A stretch of 64,000 nucleotides of DNA from Octopus sinensis (lineage: Eukaryota): positions 70,680,001-70,744,000 of the forward strand of contig NC_043006.1 of assembly GCF_006345805.1 (NCBI RefSeq). The letters are read 5' to 3'. The notes below the pieces were generated by a model, which was given only the letters and a program-made list of their open reading frames with translations, did no database searches and had not been told where the DNA came from. The translations under genes were made by a program, and so were the position numbers. The stretch's first letter is position 1, and each line of letters starts with the position of its first letter. Of the stretch, positions 12,351-24,524 are shown piece by piece.

Positions 12351-13583
12351 ATGTATGCAAATTCGTTATTTTGTGTTCCCCATCAATTGCAGCCAGTTGC
12401 TTACACAAAAAGGCTGTCTTTTCTTCTTCTTTTCGTCTCTTCTCATTTTAACCCTAAAGAAAGACATTATCTGAAATGTTGGATATTCCACTTCCCATTG
12501 CAGTTTTATTGTACTCTTTCTGTTGTTTTTCCCAATTAATTCAAGTCTTGTAAATGCTGATATCACCATTTCCCTTGTATTCTGTTCTATCATTGTGTGT
12601 GTGTGTGTATGTGTTTGTTTATATCTTTTTGTGTGTATACATGTGTATGTCTATACATGAGTACCTCTGTGTGTGTGTGTGTATACATGTGTATGTCTAT
12701 ACATGAGTGCCTGTGTGTGTGTGTGTGTATACATGTATGTCTATGTATATACAATTGTGTGTGTAAATGCATATATGTACACACGCATACACATGTATAT
12801 GAGTATGTATAAGTATGACTGTGTGTATTATATGTAAATGTATACATGTATGTATGTGTGTGTGCACGCGTGCGCACACGTGTCCCACCCCAGTAAACCC
12901 CCAGCAACACAGTGATATATTTTCATGGTAGCCTCTGTTGTTCATTACCATTTAGAGCTGTCTCTGACCAAAACTGTCCCCTTACTCATTCCTTTTCACC
13001 CTTTACTCATCCCTTTTCACCCCTTCCCCCTCCACACCCCGTTCATCTTCAACTATTTTAATTCCACCAACTACTACCACCTTTTGCTCCCTCCTCTCAC
13101 TATCACTTGCCAAACCAGTTTTTTCAAAAATCTGTTATTGTATTTGTTGTTGTTGTTGTAGCTGAGATTGTGTGTAGAAAAGTCATTAGGTAATGAATAC
13201 TAAACTGGGCAGGTTTATTTACACCCCCCCTCCCGAACACTGCTACCACCACCACCACCACCACTACTAACTTAATAAAAGAGCCTCTATACAACTACTT
13301 GAAACTGCTAGAAATAGCAGCTATATCCCTACTGTTTTAGAGAAGGAAGTACACACTGACCATCATAGTTCCTGACTGACACCAAAAAAACAAATTGAAA
13401 ACAGAATAGGGATGGTCATAACTGGATTCTAATAGTTTACTTGATCAGAACTGACAGTTCCACCTCAACAACACCTCATTAGAAAGTGTATGGGGAGGGG
13501 GGGGGGTAAAATAAAGGATAGTAATAGGTGGTTGATCAATTGTGTCTTAGTGTTTGTGTGTTTATCTGTTCCCCTCAACATTA

Positions 13584-13835
13584 CCCACGGGCATATGGCA
13601 TAGTGGTTAATAGCATGGGCTACTCATCCCATGATTCCGAGTTCGATTCTAGGCAATGACCTGAAAACTAATAATAATAATGATAATAATAATAATAATA
13701 ACAACAACATTGAAAAATACCTTAGGAATGAGAACCCAGTTCGAAATTTCCCCCAAGACACCTGATGAAGGCTGGAGGGTATATCAGCTGAAACGTTGTG
13801 TTAACAAACAAGATGAGGACAAATGTAAATAATGT
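13584..13835 (+). mobile_element. SINE family E: tRNA-like head + (AAT)n linker + Penelope-like 3' tail with hammerhead motif
   Basis: Head with A box (TGGCATAGTGG) and B box (GAGTTCGATTC), then (AAT)n, then a tail containing GACAC-CTGATGA-A-GGCTG..CAGCT-GAAAC-GTT-GTGTT. Homologous copies at 10888-11126 and 61625-61790. Confidence 0.85.
13757..13802 (+). ncRNA. Putative minimal type I hammerhead ribozyme motif
   Basis: Stem I GACAC(13757-61)/GTGTT(13798-802); core CTGATGA(13762-68) plus an extra A; stem II GGCTG/CAGCT; GAAA(13790-93); palindromic loop-less stem III (ACGT); predicted site GTT, cleavage after 13797. Confidence 0.6.
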
Positions 13836-14690
13836 AAATATTTGCCTTTGTTATTTTGTAAGATTTCTCTTTGACAATGAAACTAAGAATATTCCTTATT
13901 TCTTCAATGATGGAATTGGTAACTACTATTCCATTTTACTCAGGATATTCCTTAAATCTTTAACATTGGGATTCGTTTCTACTAATATCCTTCATTAAGA
14001 TTATTCCCTGATTCTTCCTCTCTGAAGATGGAATAGTTGGCTTATATGGAAATCTTTACCCAATGACTTATGCACTATGTACACAGCTATTCTAGAAACA
14101 GCTGTAAAAGACTGGGCATTATTTTTTAATCCCTTATTTACTCTAACAACTCTGAAATTATGTTTGAATTATAAATTACATGCTTTAAAGGGTTGCCACA
14201 TGTTTCACTTGTACATTCTTTCTTACTAATATATATTTATGTTAAATGAAGAAACAGTGATGAGTAAAAATTCTGTAAATGATAATGGTAATTATAAGCT
14301 TTAAACTTATAGGCATTCACCATGTTTTGACTAAAGAAAGTACTCTAATATTGAGGCATATAAGCCCTAGATGGAACCCACTCTTTTCCATTAAGGGCTT
14401 AAAGCTTATAAATATGATTATTATTATTATTATTTACAGAATATATATGACAAGGAACAAAACATTTTCCACGCCAAACACAGGATCTTTGTCTCATCTG
14501 ATAACTGTAATCATGGCTATCATCACCGCCACCACTACCACTACACCTATCATTTCTTCATAAGAGATTTGTTGTCATTCATACCAACACACAGTATGCT
14601 ACTGTACCCCTCCCCTCCATACACACACTCATAGCTGACTTGTACATACCACTCACGTTTTCTCATAAACAATCATGTATGCATATATAT

Positions 14691-14721
<31 letters not shown>

Positions 14722-15227
14722 GCGTGTGTGTTTAGTGTTAACTATCAGAAAAAGAGCGCTCAATAACAGAGATTTTTTTTTTCATATTCTCTTTTCAATT
14801 TTTCTATTACTCTCCTCTCTTTTCTCTTTTTCTTCTTTCTTCCCTTTTATTTCTTCCTTTTTTCCTTCTTTATCATATTTTCTTTCCATTACCACACTCT
14901 GTGACAAGAAAACCATACATAAATATGCAAACCCCATCAATTTCCAGTCATAACTTGCCTCTAGATCCTGTGCACCTATGGATACATTTGATTACTGTAA
15001 ACAAATCATTTGTGCAGCTCATTCAGCAGAAGCTGGAAACTGATACATCATCTTCAACGGGAGAGTCCATCGTATATATATCATCATCATCATCATCATC
15101 ATCGTTGAGCAAGAGAATGGCTCAACCTATTTATATATATATATAATTAATGCAGGGTACGAAAAATTATAGAAATTTTTTCTACTAGTGGCCTAGTATG
15201 TATACAATGTCAATAGACATATTTTTC

Positions 15228-15474
15228 ATATAAAAATTAGTGTACATTTAAGCATAAAGAGGCGAGCCTTAACAGGTTGCCTGACATACTAGAAAGACCA
15301 GTCAAAAAGTCCAAACCACAGTTAAGAGCAATTTTGAAGGGAATGAAAATAAAAACATGTACCATGTTTTTTACCATGTACTGTAGTTTGGACTTTTTGA
15401 CTCGTCTTTCTAGTATGTCAGGTAACTTGTTAAGGCTTGCCTCTTTGTGTTTAAACGTACACTAGTTTTTATAT
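15228..15474. repeat. Fold-back element with ~95-bp inverted arms (probable MITE)
   Basis: Arms 15228-15322 and 15380-15474 are reverse complements with scattered mismatches. Confidence 0.85.
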
Positions 15475-15539
15475 ATCTATATCTATCTATCTATATATAT
15501 ATATATAGAGAGAGAGAGAGTTGTTGTGCTTGCGAAGAC

Positions 15540-15970
15540 CTGTTGAGGCAAGTGAAATCAAAATCGAAATCAAGTTCGATGACTGGCATCCATGCTAGTG
15601 GAGTACCATCCGAGCATGATCATTGCCAGAGCAACAAACTGGCTTTCATGCCAGTGGCACGTAAAAAGCACCATTTGAGCGTGATTGTTACCTGCGTCAC
15701 CTAACTGGCACTTGTGCTGGAGGCACGTGAAAAAACATTCCAGTGAGGTCGTTGCCAGTCCCGCTGGACTGGCTCCTGTGCAGGTGGCACGTAAAACACC
15801 ATTTGAACATGGCCGTTGCCAGTACCACCTGACATGCCCTCATGCCAGTGGCATGTAAAAGCACCCACTACACTCTTGCAGTGGTTGGCATTTGGAAGGG
15901 CATTCGGCTGTAAAAACTCTGCCACATCATGGAAAGCATGGAAAGCGAACATTAAACGATGATGATCATG
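15540..15970 (+). mobile_element. Family C RTE 3'-UTR copy
   Basis: Same UTR, VNTR and tail motifs as 49650-50215. Confidence 0.8.
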
Positions 15971-15971
15971 A

Positions 15972-16288
15972 TATATATACGATGGACTCTCCTGTTGAAG
16001 ATGACGTATCAGTTTTCAGCTTCTGCTGAATGAGCTGCATAGATGATTTGTTTACAGTAATCAAATGTATGTGCTGTATGTTAGCTCACTCCCTCCATCA
16101 AATCAACATCACCTGAACAGGTGCACAGTGAACCATGTGTCAGGTGTCGAAGTGATTGCAGAGCAATATGTGATTGTGTGATGAAGTGTTTTACTTAGAA
16201 CACAACAAACCACCTGGCTTAGGAATTGAAACTACAATCTCACGATTATGAGTGCAAAACCCTAACCATTAGGCAATACGTCCTCACA
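15972..16288 (-). mobile_element. SINE family F (tRNA-like head); 3' fragment in the opposite orientation at 14982-15080
   Basis: Head TTGCCTAATGGTTAGGG..GTTTCAATTCC; about 99-bp 3' end shared with 14982-15080. Confidence 0.75.
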
Positions 16289-16296
16289 TATATATT

Positions 16297-16553
16297 GATT
16301 TGGTAGATGGAAACTGAAAGAAGCCCGTCATATATATATATATTTATGTATGTATTTGTATATCTTCGTTTGTTCCCCCTACCATTGCTTGACAAGTAAT
16401 GTTGGTGTATTTATGTCCCTGTAACTTAGCAGTTCAGCAAAAGAGACCAATAGAATAAGTACTAGGCTTACAAATAATTAGTCCTGGGGTCAATTTGTTC
16501 GACTAAAGGTGGTGCTCCAGCATGGCTGCAGTCAAATGACTGAAACAAGAAAA
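16297..16553 (+). mobile_element. SINE family A, 5'-truncated
   Basis: Starts at GATTTGGTAGATGGAAACTG. Confidence 0.8.
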
Positions 16554-16616
16554 CGAATATACATATTTATACATGTTTATGGATATACATATATACGTGT
16601 GTATATGTATATACAA

Positions 16617-16649
<33 letters not shown>

Positions 16650-17981
16650 TGTACATACACTATAAATCTTAAACTGATATCTAGTTGGCCACAACTCAGT
16701 AAAGTTCTCAGATACATTATATATGTATGAAGAGTCGATAATTCATTATTTACAGAAATATTGACTCCACTATTTTATCCAGTCTTGGTTTTAATATGAG
16801 TTTGAGATTTACAGTCTATATAATGCTTCTGACTATTGAACCACTTTGACAATAACTTCACTAGAAATCTACTACTACTACTACTACTACTACTACTGCC
16901 GCCGCCACCGCCACCACTTTCAGCTATATTTCTAACATTTTGATATACCTTGCCCCAAACAATGTTAATATGCAGTGTCTTATACCCTTTATATTTTAAC
17001 CCCAGAATGTGTTTTCTGAAATCCTTCATTCTGGCATTATACACAATATTTAAGTAATTTGGTTGATTGCTTGGCACTGGTTATGTGTGAAACTTGGAGT
17101 TAGGATGTATTATCATTAAGAGATGTATTATATTTCATCCTACTATCATATTGAATACTGTATTTTTTGACACTTAAGTCAAACTTTTCAGACCAAACTT
17201 TACATCCAAAAATAAGGTAAGGTTGACTTACACACCAAGATAAATTTGGAGGGCAAAAAATTCCTTGTGAAAAAATTCCAAATTTGGAGGGCAAAAAATT
17301 CCATGTGAAATGCTGCAAGAATTGGAAATATAGTGATGATGTTTGAATGCTTACACTATATACAACATTGACTTGCATGCCAGAAAATATAGTATTTTAT
17401 GTTTGTGTGTGTAAACCTTTATTGTGTATGTATGAATACTTCAGAAACAAATGTGTATGAAAGCAAGGTACAGCTACAGTTACATAGTGTAAGACAAACT
17501 AAAGAAAAATCTGGAAAGTAAGTCTCATCAAGAAGAAATAGAGCAGAGTAAACTCAGTTCCTTGAGGGATAAGGCCAGTAGAACTGCATAAAGGTGTGGG
17601 GCACTGTGAGACACTGCAGGCAAGCTAGACAAGAAAGAACCACCATTTGCAAAGCTTAAATCCAAGCACATCTGGAACACACATCTCTATACTGGATGAA
17701 TGTCTCACAAAGAATATCCAACTAACTAATTGTAGTCTTAAAGAAAGGTCTGGGGATTATTGCTGTTGATAGCAATGATGTTGTGAATAACATTCCCTAT
17801 GAACACAGGAGGTTTTTCCAACTGTGGTATCTATGTATATCCTTTGTTGCAAGACACCTGTTCTTGTCGTTCTATCATATTCTAACCTCTCATCACTTGG
17901 CACTCCACCTCAGAATCCTCTGATTAGTGACTTTCACCTTATTAATGAAAACTAAGGGATTGTGGTCTGCATTGACAGTGG

Positions 17982-18290
17982 TGGGATTTGAACCTAGAAA
18001 GTTCCCCTCTGAGGGGACAAGTCTGGACAAGGTTGTTTATGGATGACCAGCAGTCACCCATGCATACCAGCCTCCCCTCTCCATGCCACTGATGTTATCC
18101 AAGGGAAAGGCAAAGGATTATACAGCTTGGCACCAGTGATGTTGCAACTCATTTCTACAGCTGAGTGAACTGGAGGAAGGTGAAATAAAGTGTCTTGCTT
18201 ATGAACACAACACAAAGCCCGGCCTGGGAATCAAACTCACTACCTCATGAGTGTGAGCCCAATGCTCTAACCACTGAGCCATGTGCCTTC
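17982..18290 (-). mobile_element. SINE family D (tRNA-like head GGCACATGGCTCAGTGGTTAGAGC)
   Basis: A and B boxes; second copy at 39800-40080 (-); related heads at about 7235-7570 and 22678-22925 (+). Confidence 0.85.
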
Positions 18291-18561
18291 ACCAGCAGTA
18301 GCATCTCCCTCAACACTACTCCCCACCTCAGCTGAAGGATCTTGTCTTGCAGGTCTACTGGTGCTGGAGCCACACAAAAGCATTCAGTACACATTGTAAA
18401 GTAGTTGATCTTAGGAAGGATATCTAGCCATAGAAACCATGCAAGCATGGAAAGCAGGTGTTAAATGATAATGATGAGGCAGGTTGCTACAGGAATAGGG
18501 TTTCTATAAAGTACACTTCAAACACAGTCAGTCAGAACTCAGTAAAACAGTGAGTGTTTTA

Positions 18562-18774
18562 TGATGGTGTGCTGAAAAGTTCCTGGCTTTGGGCAAAAGA
18601 AAATACAGGAGGTTAAGTTATGATTTTATGCAACATATTCCCCTCTCAGATTCATACACTTATTGCAATAGTCCTTCAGCTTTTTTAAGCCATGTAAAAG
18701 AACTTGGAAGTTTGGGCCTCCAACTAGGCCTTTCATGATATCCTTAAAGCCAGGAATTTTTCAGCACCTCTTCA
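18562..18774. mobile_element. Mariner-type MITE
   Basis: TIRs GTGCTGAAAAGTTCCTGGCTTT / AAAGCCAGGAATTTTTCAGCAC; TA on both flanks. Confidence 0.75.
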
Positions 18775-18873
18775 TACAAGGACCATCACATTCATGTTGG
18801 CTCATGGCCTCTCAAGAACTGCTTCTAAGACCTACATGCTTGACAGAAGCTTTTTACACATGACTATCAGAAT

Positions 18874-19258
18874 TGATTTTTTTTATTAACCATAAAGGTT
18901 GAACACACAGGGGTCGGGGGGGGGGGGGGTAATTCGTCAATGAATGATAAATGGTATTTTTACAAATTTATAATAAATAAAATGGTCCACCACTAGACCT
19001 TTTCAGAACCTTTGTCATTCCTTAAGTAGATACATCCACTCTCAACATGTATACCGCTTTCTTGGGCACATGGGCTGGCATGAAGATCCGTGCCTGGCGA
19101 GTTTGTCTTGAACTGGTAAGGCTTCTCGGTAACATTGCCAAGCCAGTGACTTTTGGAAGTTATCCTTCAGAACAAACCAGCAAGGTGACTATCGTCAAAG
19201 CCCAGGGTTTCCCCCAGAATGTCGTCACTCTTGGCCTCTACTAACCCTCTATAGAATG
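18874..19258 (-). mobile_element. 5'-truncated L1/Tx1-clade LINE insertion with poly(A) tail and 14-bp TSD
   Basis: TSD ATGACTATCAGAAT at 18860-73 and 19259-72; T-tract at the left end; peptide NFQKSLAWQCYREALPVQDKLARHG resembles the zf-RVT region of L1/Tx1 ORF2. Confidence 0.8.
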
Positions 19259-20717
19259 ATGACTATCAGAATGTAGAACGAAACTTCCAGGGGTTGTCAC
19301 AAAAGCTATCTGAGCCAACAACGATACAGGCTTTCACAGAATGTGTTTACAAACATTTCTTGTTGTTCTCTTCGTAGGAAATGTAGTGGACCGGCAATTG
19401 GCCTGTTGGAAACATATCCCACAATGCTACTGTCAACAAATGCATGACATAAACAAATATATGTATATATAAATAAGTGTGGTGTGTATGTGTGTGTCTG
19501 TGTATGCAGATTGACTCACAATAACCTAGTATTTGCACACATGCATAGACGCAGTGTGTGTGTGGGAGGGTTTGGATGGGTGTATGTGTATTTGGGGGGA
19601 TGTGTGTGTGTGTGAATGATGTCTGCAGTAACAATTTGTAAGACCAGTCAGTCTGAAAGCTTAGACAAGTCTCTTTATAGTTACCTAATCTCACATACCA
19701 TGTTGTAAACAGAACTATAAAAAGATTTATCGATAAAATTCTCTCTCTAATAGATCTTCTTCTCATGAATTCATCTGTGTCGGAAATACAGTTTAAGAGG
19801 CGTGTATGTCTGTATGCATGTGTGTATGTGTGTTATTTGTATGCATATGCATGCATTTGTGTATGTATATGTGCAAGGGTGTATATTAATCCATTTATCC
19901 TTAGAGAATGTGAACCAATTCTAACTTTTTAAGTACCGAATTTAAGAAAATTTGTATGTATTTATTTTGTGTTTACACGCACGCACGCACACACATGCAT
20001 ACACACACATGCATACACACATATGCATGCACACACACACACACACACACACACCTGTTTTGACAGACTGACTTTGCTCGTTTTTACTCAGTTGAAACGA
20101 AGACTTTTATTCTAATTTAATCACTGTCATCACCACCACCACTACTGCCACCATCAACATCGTCATCATTATCACCGTCATCATCAACATCACCATCATG
20201 CTCACCACCACCACCGTCACCACTATCATCACCATCATCACAGCAGTGTATGTCCGGAAAGCTTTTATAATCAGCTTCATTATACGCTTTTCGTTTTTTT
20301 GATAACATACATTCTATCATCCTGTCTGCACATACACAAACTGTTTTAACATGAACAGTGTGTATTTTACACATTCACACACAGCTCTCTCTACGTCTAT
20401 GTTATAAAGTATATATAAATGTATACATAGAAAAATATGCAAATTACTTTGTGTGTGTGTGTGTGTACATAGATATTAGTAAGTTATTTATGTATGTTTT
20501 CATTCTTGTTTTGTATTCATCTACAAGGTTATTTAGAAATGTCTATTTATTGCACTATCTTAATCATTATTCAGTATATGTGCACTCATTTTATATTTGC
20601 GTGTGAGTGTACACAACTGCACGCACACACACATATGCATATATCAACTGGTCTCTCATCCATTCTGTCCAGCTTAATTCACTCCACTCTACACGCACAC
20701 GTACAGTGTAAGAAGAT

Positions 20718-20915
20718 GGATAGATAGATAGGTAGATAGACACACAGACATTTAGATAGATAGATAGATAGATAGACACACAGACAGTTAGATAGATAGA
20801 TGGATAGATAGATAGATAGGTAGGTAGATAGACACACAGAGATTTAGATAGATAGACACACAGACAGACAGATAGATAGAGAGACAGTTGGATAGATAGA
20901 TAGATAGATAGATGT
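20718..20915. repeat. (GATA)n composite tract with repeated GACACACAGAC units
   Basis: Directly visible; complementary (TATC)n tracts at about 52545-52605 and 56010-56080. Confidence 0.9.
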
Positions 20916-22959
20916 ACATATGTGTTTCTGTGTATCTTTACTCACACATAAAACACACACACACTTCACTTTTTGTAATAAAATTTACTTTGAACTGCCA
21001 AGCCCTTCCTTCCCCACTCCTCTTGCTAGTGATCCTTTTCTCTGGGTTGTAAGGTACTACCTGTCGGCAGCAGCAATGATGGTATAGGCAGTGGTGGTGG
21101 CGATGGTTGTTTGATGCTGCTCTTACCTCTGTGGATTGGTGATTATTGTGACTGCTGAGGGGTGGGGGCCACACTGGGGCCTTGCAGCCCCTTTGAGGTG
21201 CTGGTATGAACTGATATATAACTCATGTGGGGAGTTTTGAAGTGGAACTTCTTCTGAAGTCTATCTTTTTTAATCAATTCACTCTTTTACCTTTTGATGG
21301 AATGGTGGCGGAGAATGGATTAACAGGGAGGATGTGTGTGCACAGAGGTGTGGCAGTGGTGTGATGGTGGGGAAGATGTGGGTGCGATGTTAGTTGGGAC
21401 TATGTATGTCAGTGGTGGTGGTGTCAATGGAAACTGTGGTGAAGATGATGACGACGACGACGATGATGATGATGACGACGACAGTGATGATGATGATGAT
21501 GATGATGATGACGATGTCAGTCACAGTGGTGGAGTGTTTGCAGAAGACAGAACAAGGAACAACTTTGTTTTCTTGGTTTTTCTCCGACCCACGCATTTTT
21601 CCCTGGATTCTACTATTTGATTTTCACACTTCACACATTCACACACTACACCTACACAGACACATCATGAACACACAAACACACACGTTCCAGATTACAC
21701 AAGTGTTTGCATCTGAATTTATTTTCTTAGTGTGTTTTATTTTGGTATCTGTAGTAGCAGCAGCAGTAGTAGTAGTTGTTTTTATTAAGCATTAGGTCAG
21801 CCGTAATGAAGCAAGCATGATCAAATATCCCAGCCTTTTATTTACGTCTACTAGGACCACATTATCTAGTGTGCTACTCTGCCACTTCTTTTGAAAGACA
21901 AAAGTGTGTGGTTTGAGAGAGATTTGGAGATTTGGCTTCCATTTCTAGCATGTTTGGTAACTGTATAGATGTTCCTGTGGTGTTGTTGTTGTTGGTGGTG
22001 GTGGTTTCTGACTTAATACTAGTAAGCCACTGGCCATTAAGCCACTAATGTGCTCCTGCCCATTGTATTAGTATTGTGCCACTGACCATTAAGCCATTAG
22101 TAAGCCACTATTATGACGCTTCCCAATTCTTTTTCTGCAACACAGACTGGGAGTCAAAGACACAATGAAATGGCTGCGGTAAATTTGAACCCAGATTCAG
22201 AACAGATAAGAGTGGAGAGAGTGGAGAATTTAATAGTGAAAGAGATCATTGTGATCCAATCTTGTCCACCTAGCTGCCAGTAATAGGTTTAGTCTCAGAC
22301 TACAGTCAATCAAGCTGTTTAGTAACAGGTACTAGATCTACATCATTAGTAACACGTATTAAATGTCAATAACAATACCTGTTCAACAGATCAATGTTAT
22401 TTACTCTCAGACAACATTCACCAATCAGTAAGCTTGGGTGTCTGATGAAGTACCAGATCAATATGATACAATCTCAGGCTTTAGTTCACCAAATGGTCAA
22501 CCCTGGTGTCAGTAACAGATAGGTACCAGGTCAATGTAGTTCAATGTCAAACCACATTTCACAATCATTGTCCAGTGACAAGTATCAGAGCAAAGTGGTT
22601 TAGTCTCAGATCACTATCTGCCAATAATGCCTGTTTGCTATTCTTGTCATTTGATCCGATCTCTAGTCTGAATTGTAGAGGCATGTGATCTAATGGTTAG
22701 GGAGTTGCACTCACCATTAGGCCACAGAAGATTGTGGTCTTGATTCCCAGACTAGGCGGTGCATTGTGTTCTTAGGCAAAACACTTTGTTTCACATCACT
22801 CCAGTTCTCTCAGCTGTAAATGAGTAACCCTACAATGAAATGGCATCCTGATCAGGAGCAATGTCGTGATCTCAGTCATTTAAATCCCATGAAATCTAGG
22901 TAACCAGCCCTATGAATCCCAGGCAGCACTGGATTAACCATTATGCAAAATAACATGCC

Positions 22960-23230
22960 ACCAGCATGGGACCCAGTCAGATGGTGCTGGCATCAGCCAT
23001 GTTCAGATGGTGGTTTTTTACATGCCACTGGCACAGGAGCCAGTCGGGGCGAGGGAGCTAACATCAACCACGTTTGGATGGTCCTTTTTATGTGCCACCG
23101 GCATGGGGAGCCAGTCAGGTGGCACTGGCAATGAATGGTGCTTATTGCGTGCTACCAGCATGGGAGCCAGTCAGGCAGCACTGGCATCAGCCACAACTAC
23201 AATTTCCATTTGATTGTGGTTTGATTTGAT
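22960..23230 (-). mobile_element. Family C VNTR-region fragment
   Basis: Four VNTR units in reverse orientation. Confidence 0.7.
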
Positions 23231-23818
23231 TTTGATTTTGATGGGGGCACCAAAATGTTTTAAGTGTTAGGGTCTTTATGAGTCCTAGGGACTCAAGACA
23301 GTGAGGTGCAGGAGACTTACTTTTTACTACTTTACTAGTTCTAATTACAGATTGCTGCAAGAATGGCTGCTATGTACAACGACAACAACAGATTTTTCTT
23401 TGCTAATCCCTTTACACACACAAACACACAAATGGGAGTCTCCTCTGTCCTCCACTCAGTTGCCGTGATACAATCATACCACTGACCTTTAACTTCACAC
23501 ACCTTGTCATATAAACAGTTGTGAGCCTCTGTAACCCCTGGTAACCAACATTGCCATTTCCCCCATCCACTCCCACATATCTGGTGAATTGAAGCACTGA
23601 AAATTAAACAAGCCTTAAACCCTTGTACTTATGTTAAAATTAAACAGGATCATTAAAACCGTTTCTTTTGGTAAAAATTATATATTAGGTTGCTCTTAAA
23701 AACAAACTTTTAAAATAACACGTTCAGCAAGGCAGGATACTACACAATCATTCAATCTGCTAGAAATGGCAGCAAAGTTCCCCTCAAATGACTCCTTAAT
23801 GTCTTTCAGCTATGTGCA

Positions 23819-23854
<36 letters not shown>

Positions 23855-23936
23855 CTCTTTACTCTTCTACTTGTTTCAGTCATTTGACTCTCTCTCTCTG
23901 TATACATACATATATATATATAAAGAGAGAGAGATA

Positions 23937-24503
23937 CGAGGGTGAGTCAAAAAGTAATGCCATTTTGTTTAGGACAGGTATAATTACCAACACAGGAACA
24001 TGCGTCAAACATCAAAATGAAGCTGGTCCTCTGTGGATCACATCCCTACTTCTCAACATAGCCACCGTTTCTCTCAATAGCTATGTTCGACCTTCAAATG
24101 AGAGCATGTATCTCTGCCCCGTAAAATTCTGTTGACTGTTCTTTGAGCCACTCTTCACTACAGTTTTCACTTCATCATCACTGGAATAATTTAGCGCCTT
24201 CAAACTATCATCTCTTCGACCCCATGAAAGAGGGTTTGATAGGCAAATATTATTCCAGTGACGAGGAAGTGAAAACTGTAGTGAAGAAGTGGCTCAAAGA
24301 GCGTTCAACAGAATTTCACAGGGCAGGGATACATGCTCTCATTCGAAGGTGGAACATTGCTATTGAGAGAAAAAGTGACTATGTTGAGAAGTAGGGATCT
24401 TATCCATAGAGGACCAGTTTCATTTTGTTGTATGATACATGTTCCTGTGTTGGTAATTATACCTGTCCTAGACAAAATGGCATTACTTTTTGACTCACCC
24501 TCG
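23937..24503. mobile_element. Palindromic mariner-derived non-autonomous element made of two inverted transposase 3' ends
   Basis: TA at 23935-36 and 24504-05; arms 23937-24190 and 24249-24503; encodes the mariner C-terminus LAPSNYHLFDPMKEGLIGKYYSSDEEVKTVVKKWLKERSTEF...DYVEK. Confidence 0.93.
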
Positions 24504-24524
24504 TAGATAGATAGATAGATAAAT

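Noticed and set aside
13870-14060. Possible Penelope or LINE coding relic next to the family E copy
   Set aside because: All frames are broken and no diagnostic motif could be recognised.
23412-23597. LSGGQRR resembling an ABC-transporter signature
   Set aside because: No Walker A/B or Q-loop context; the surrounding residues do not fit an ABC domain.
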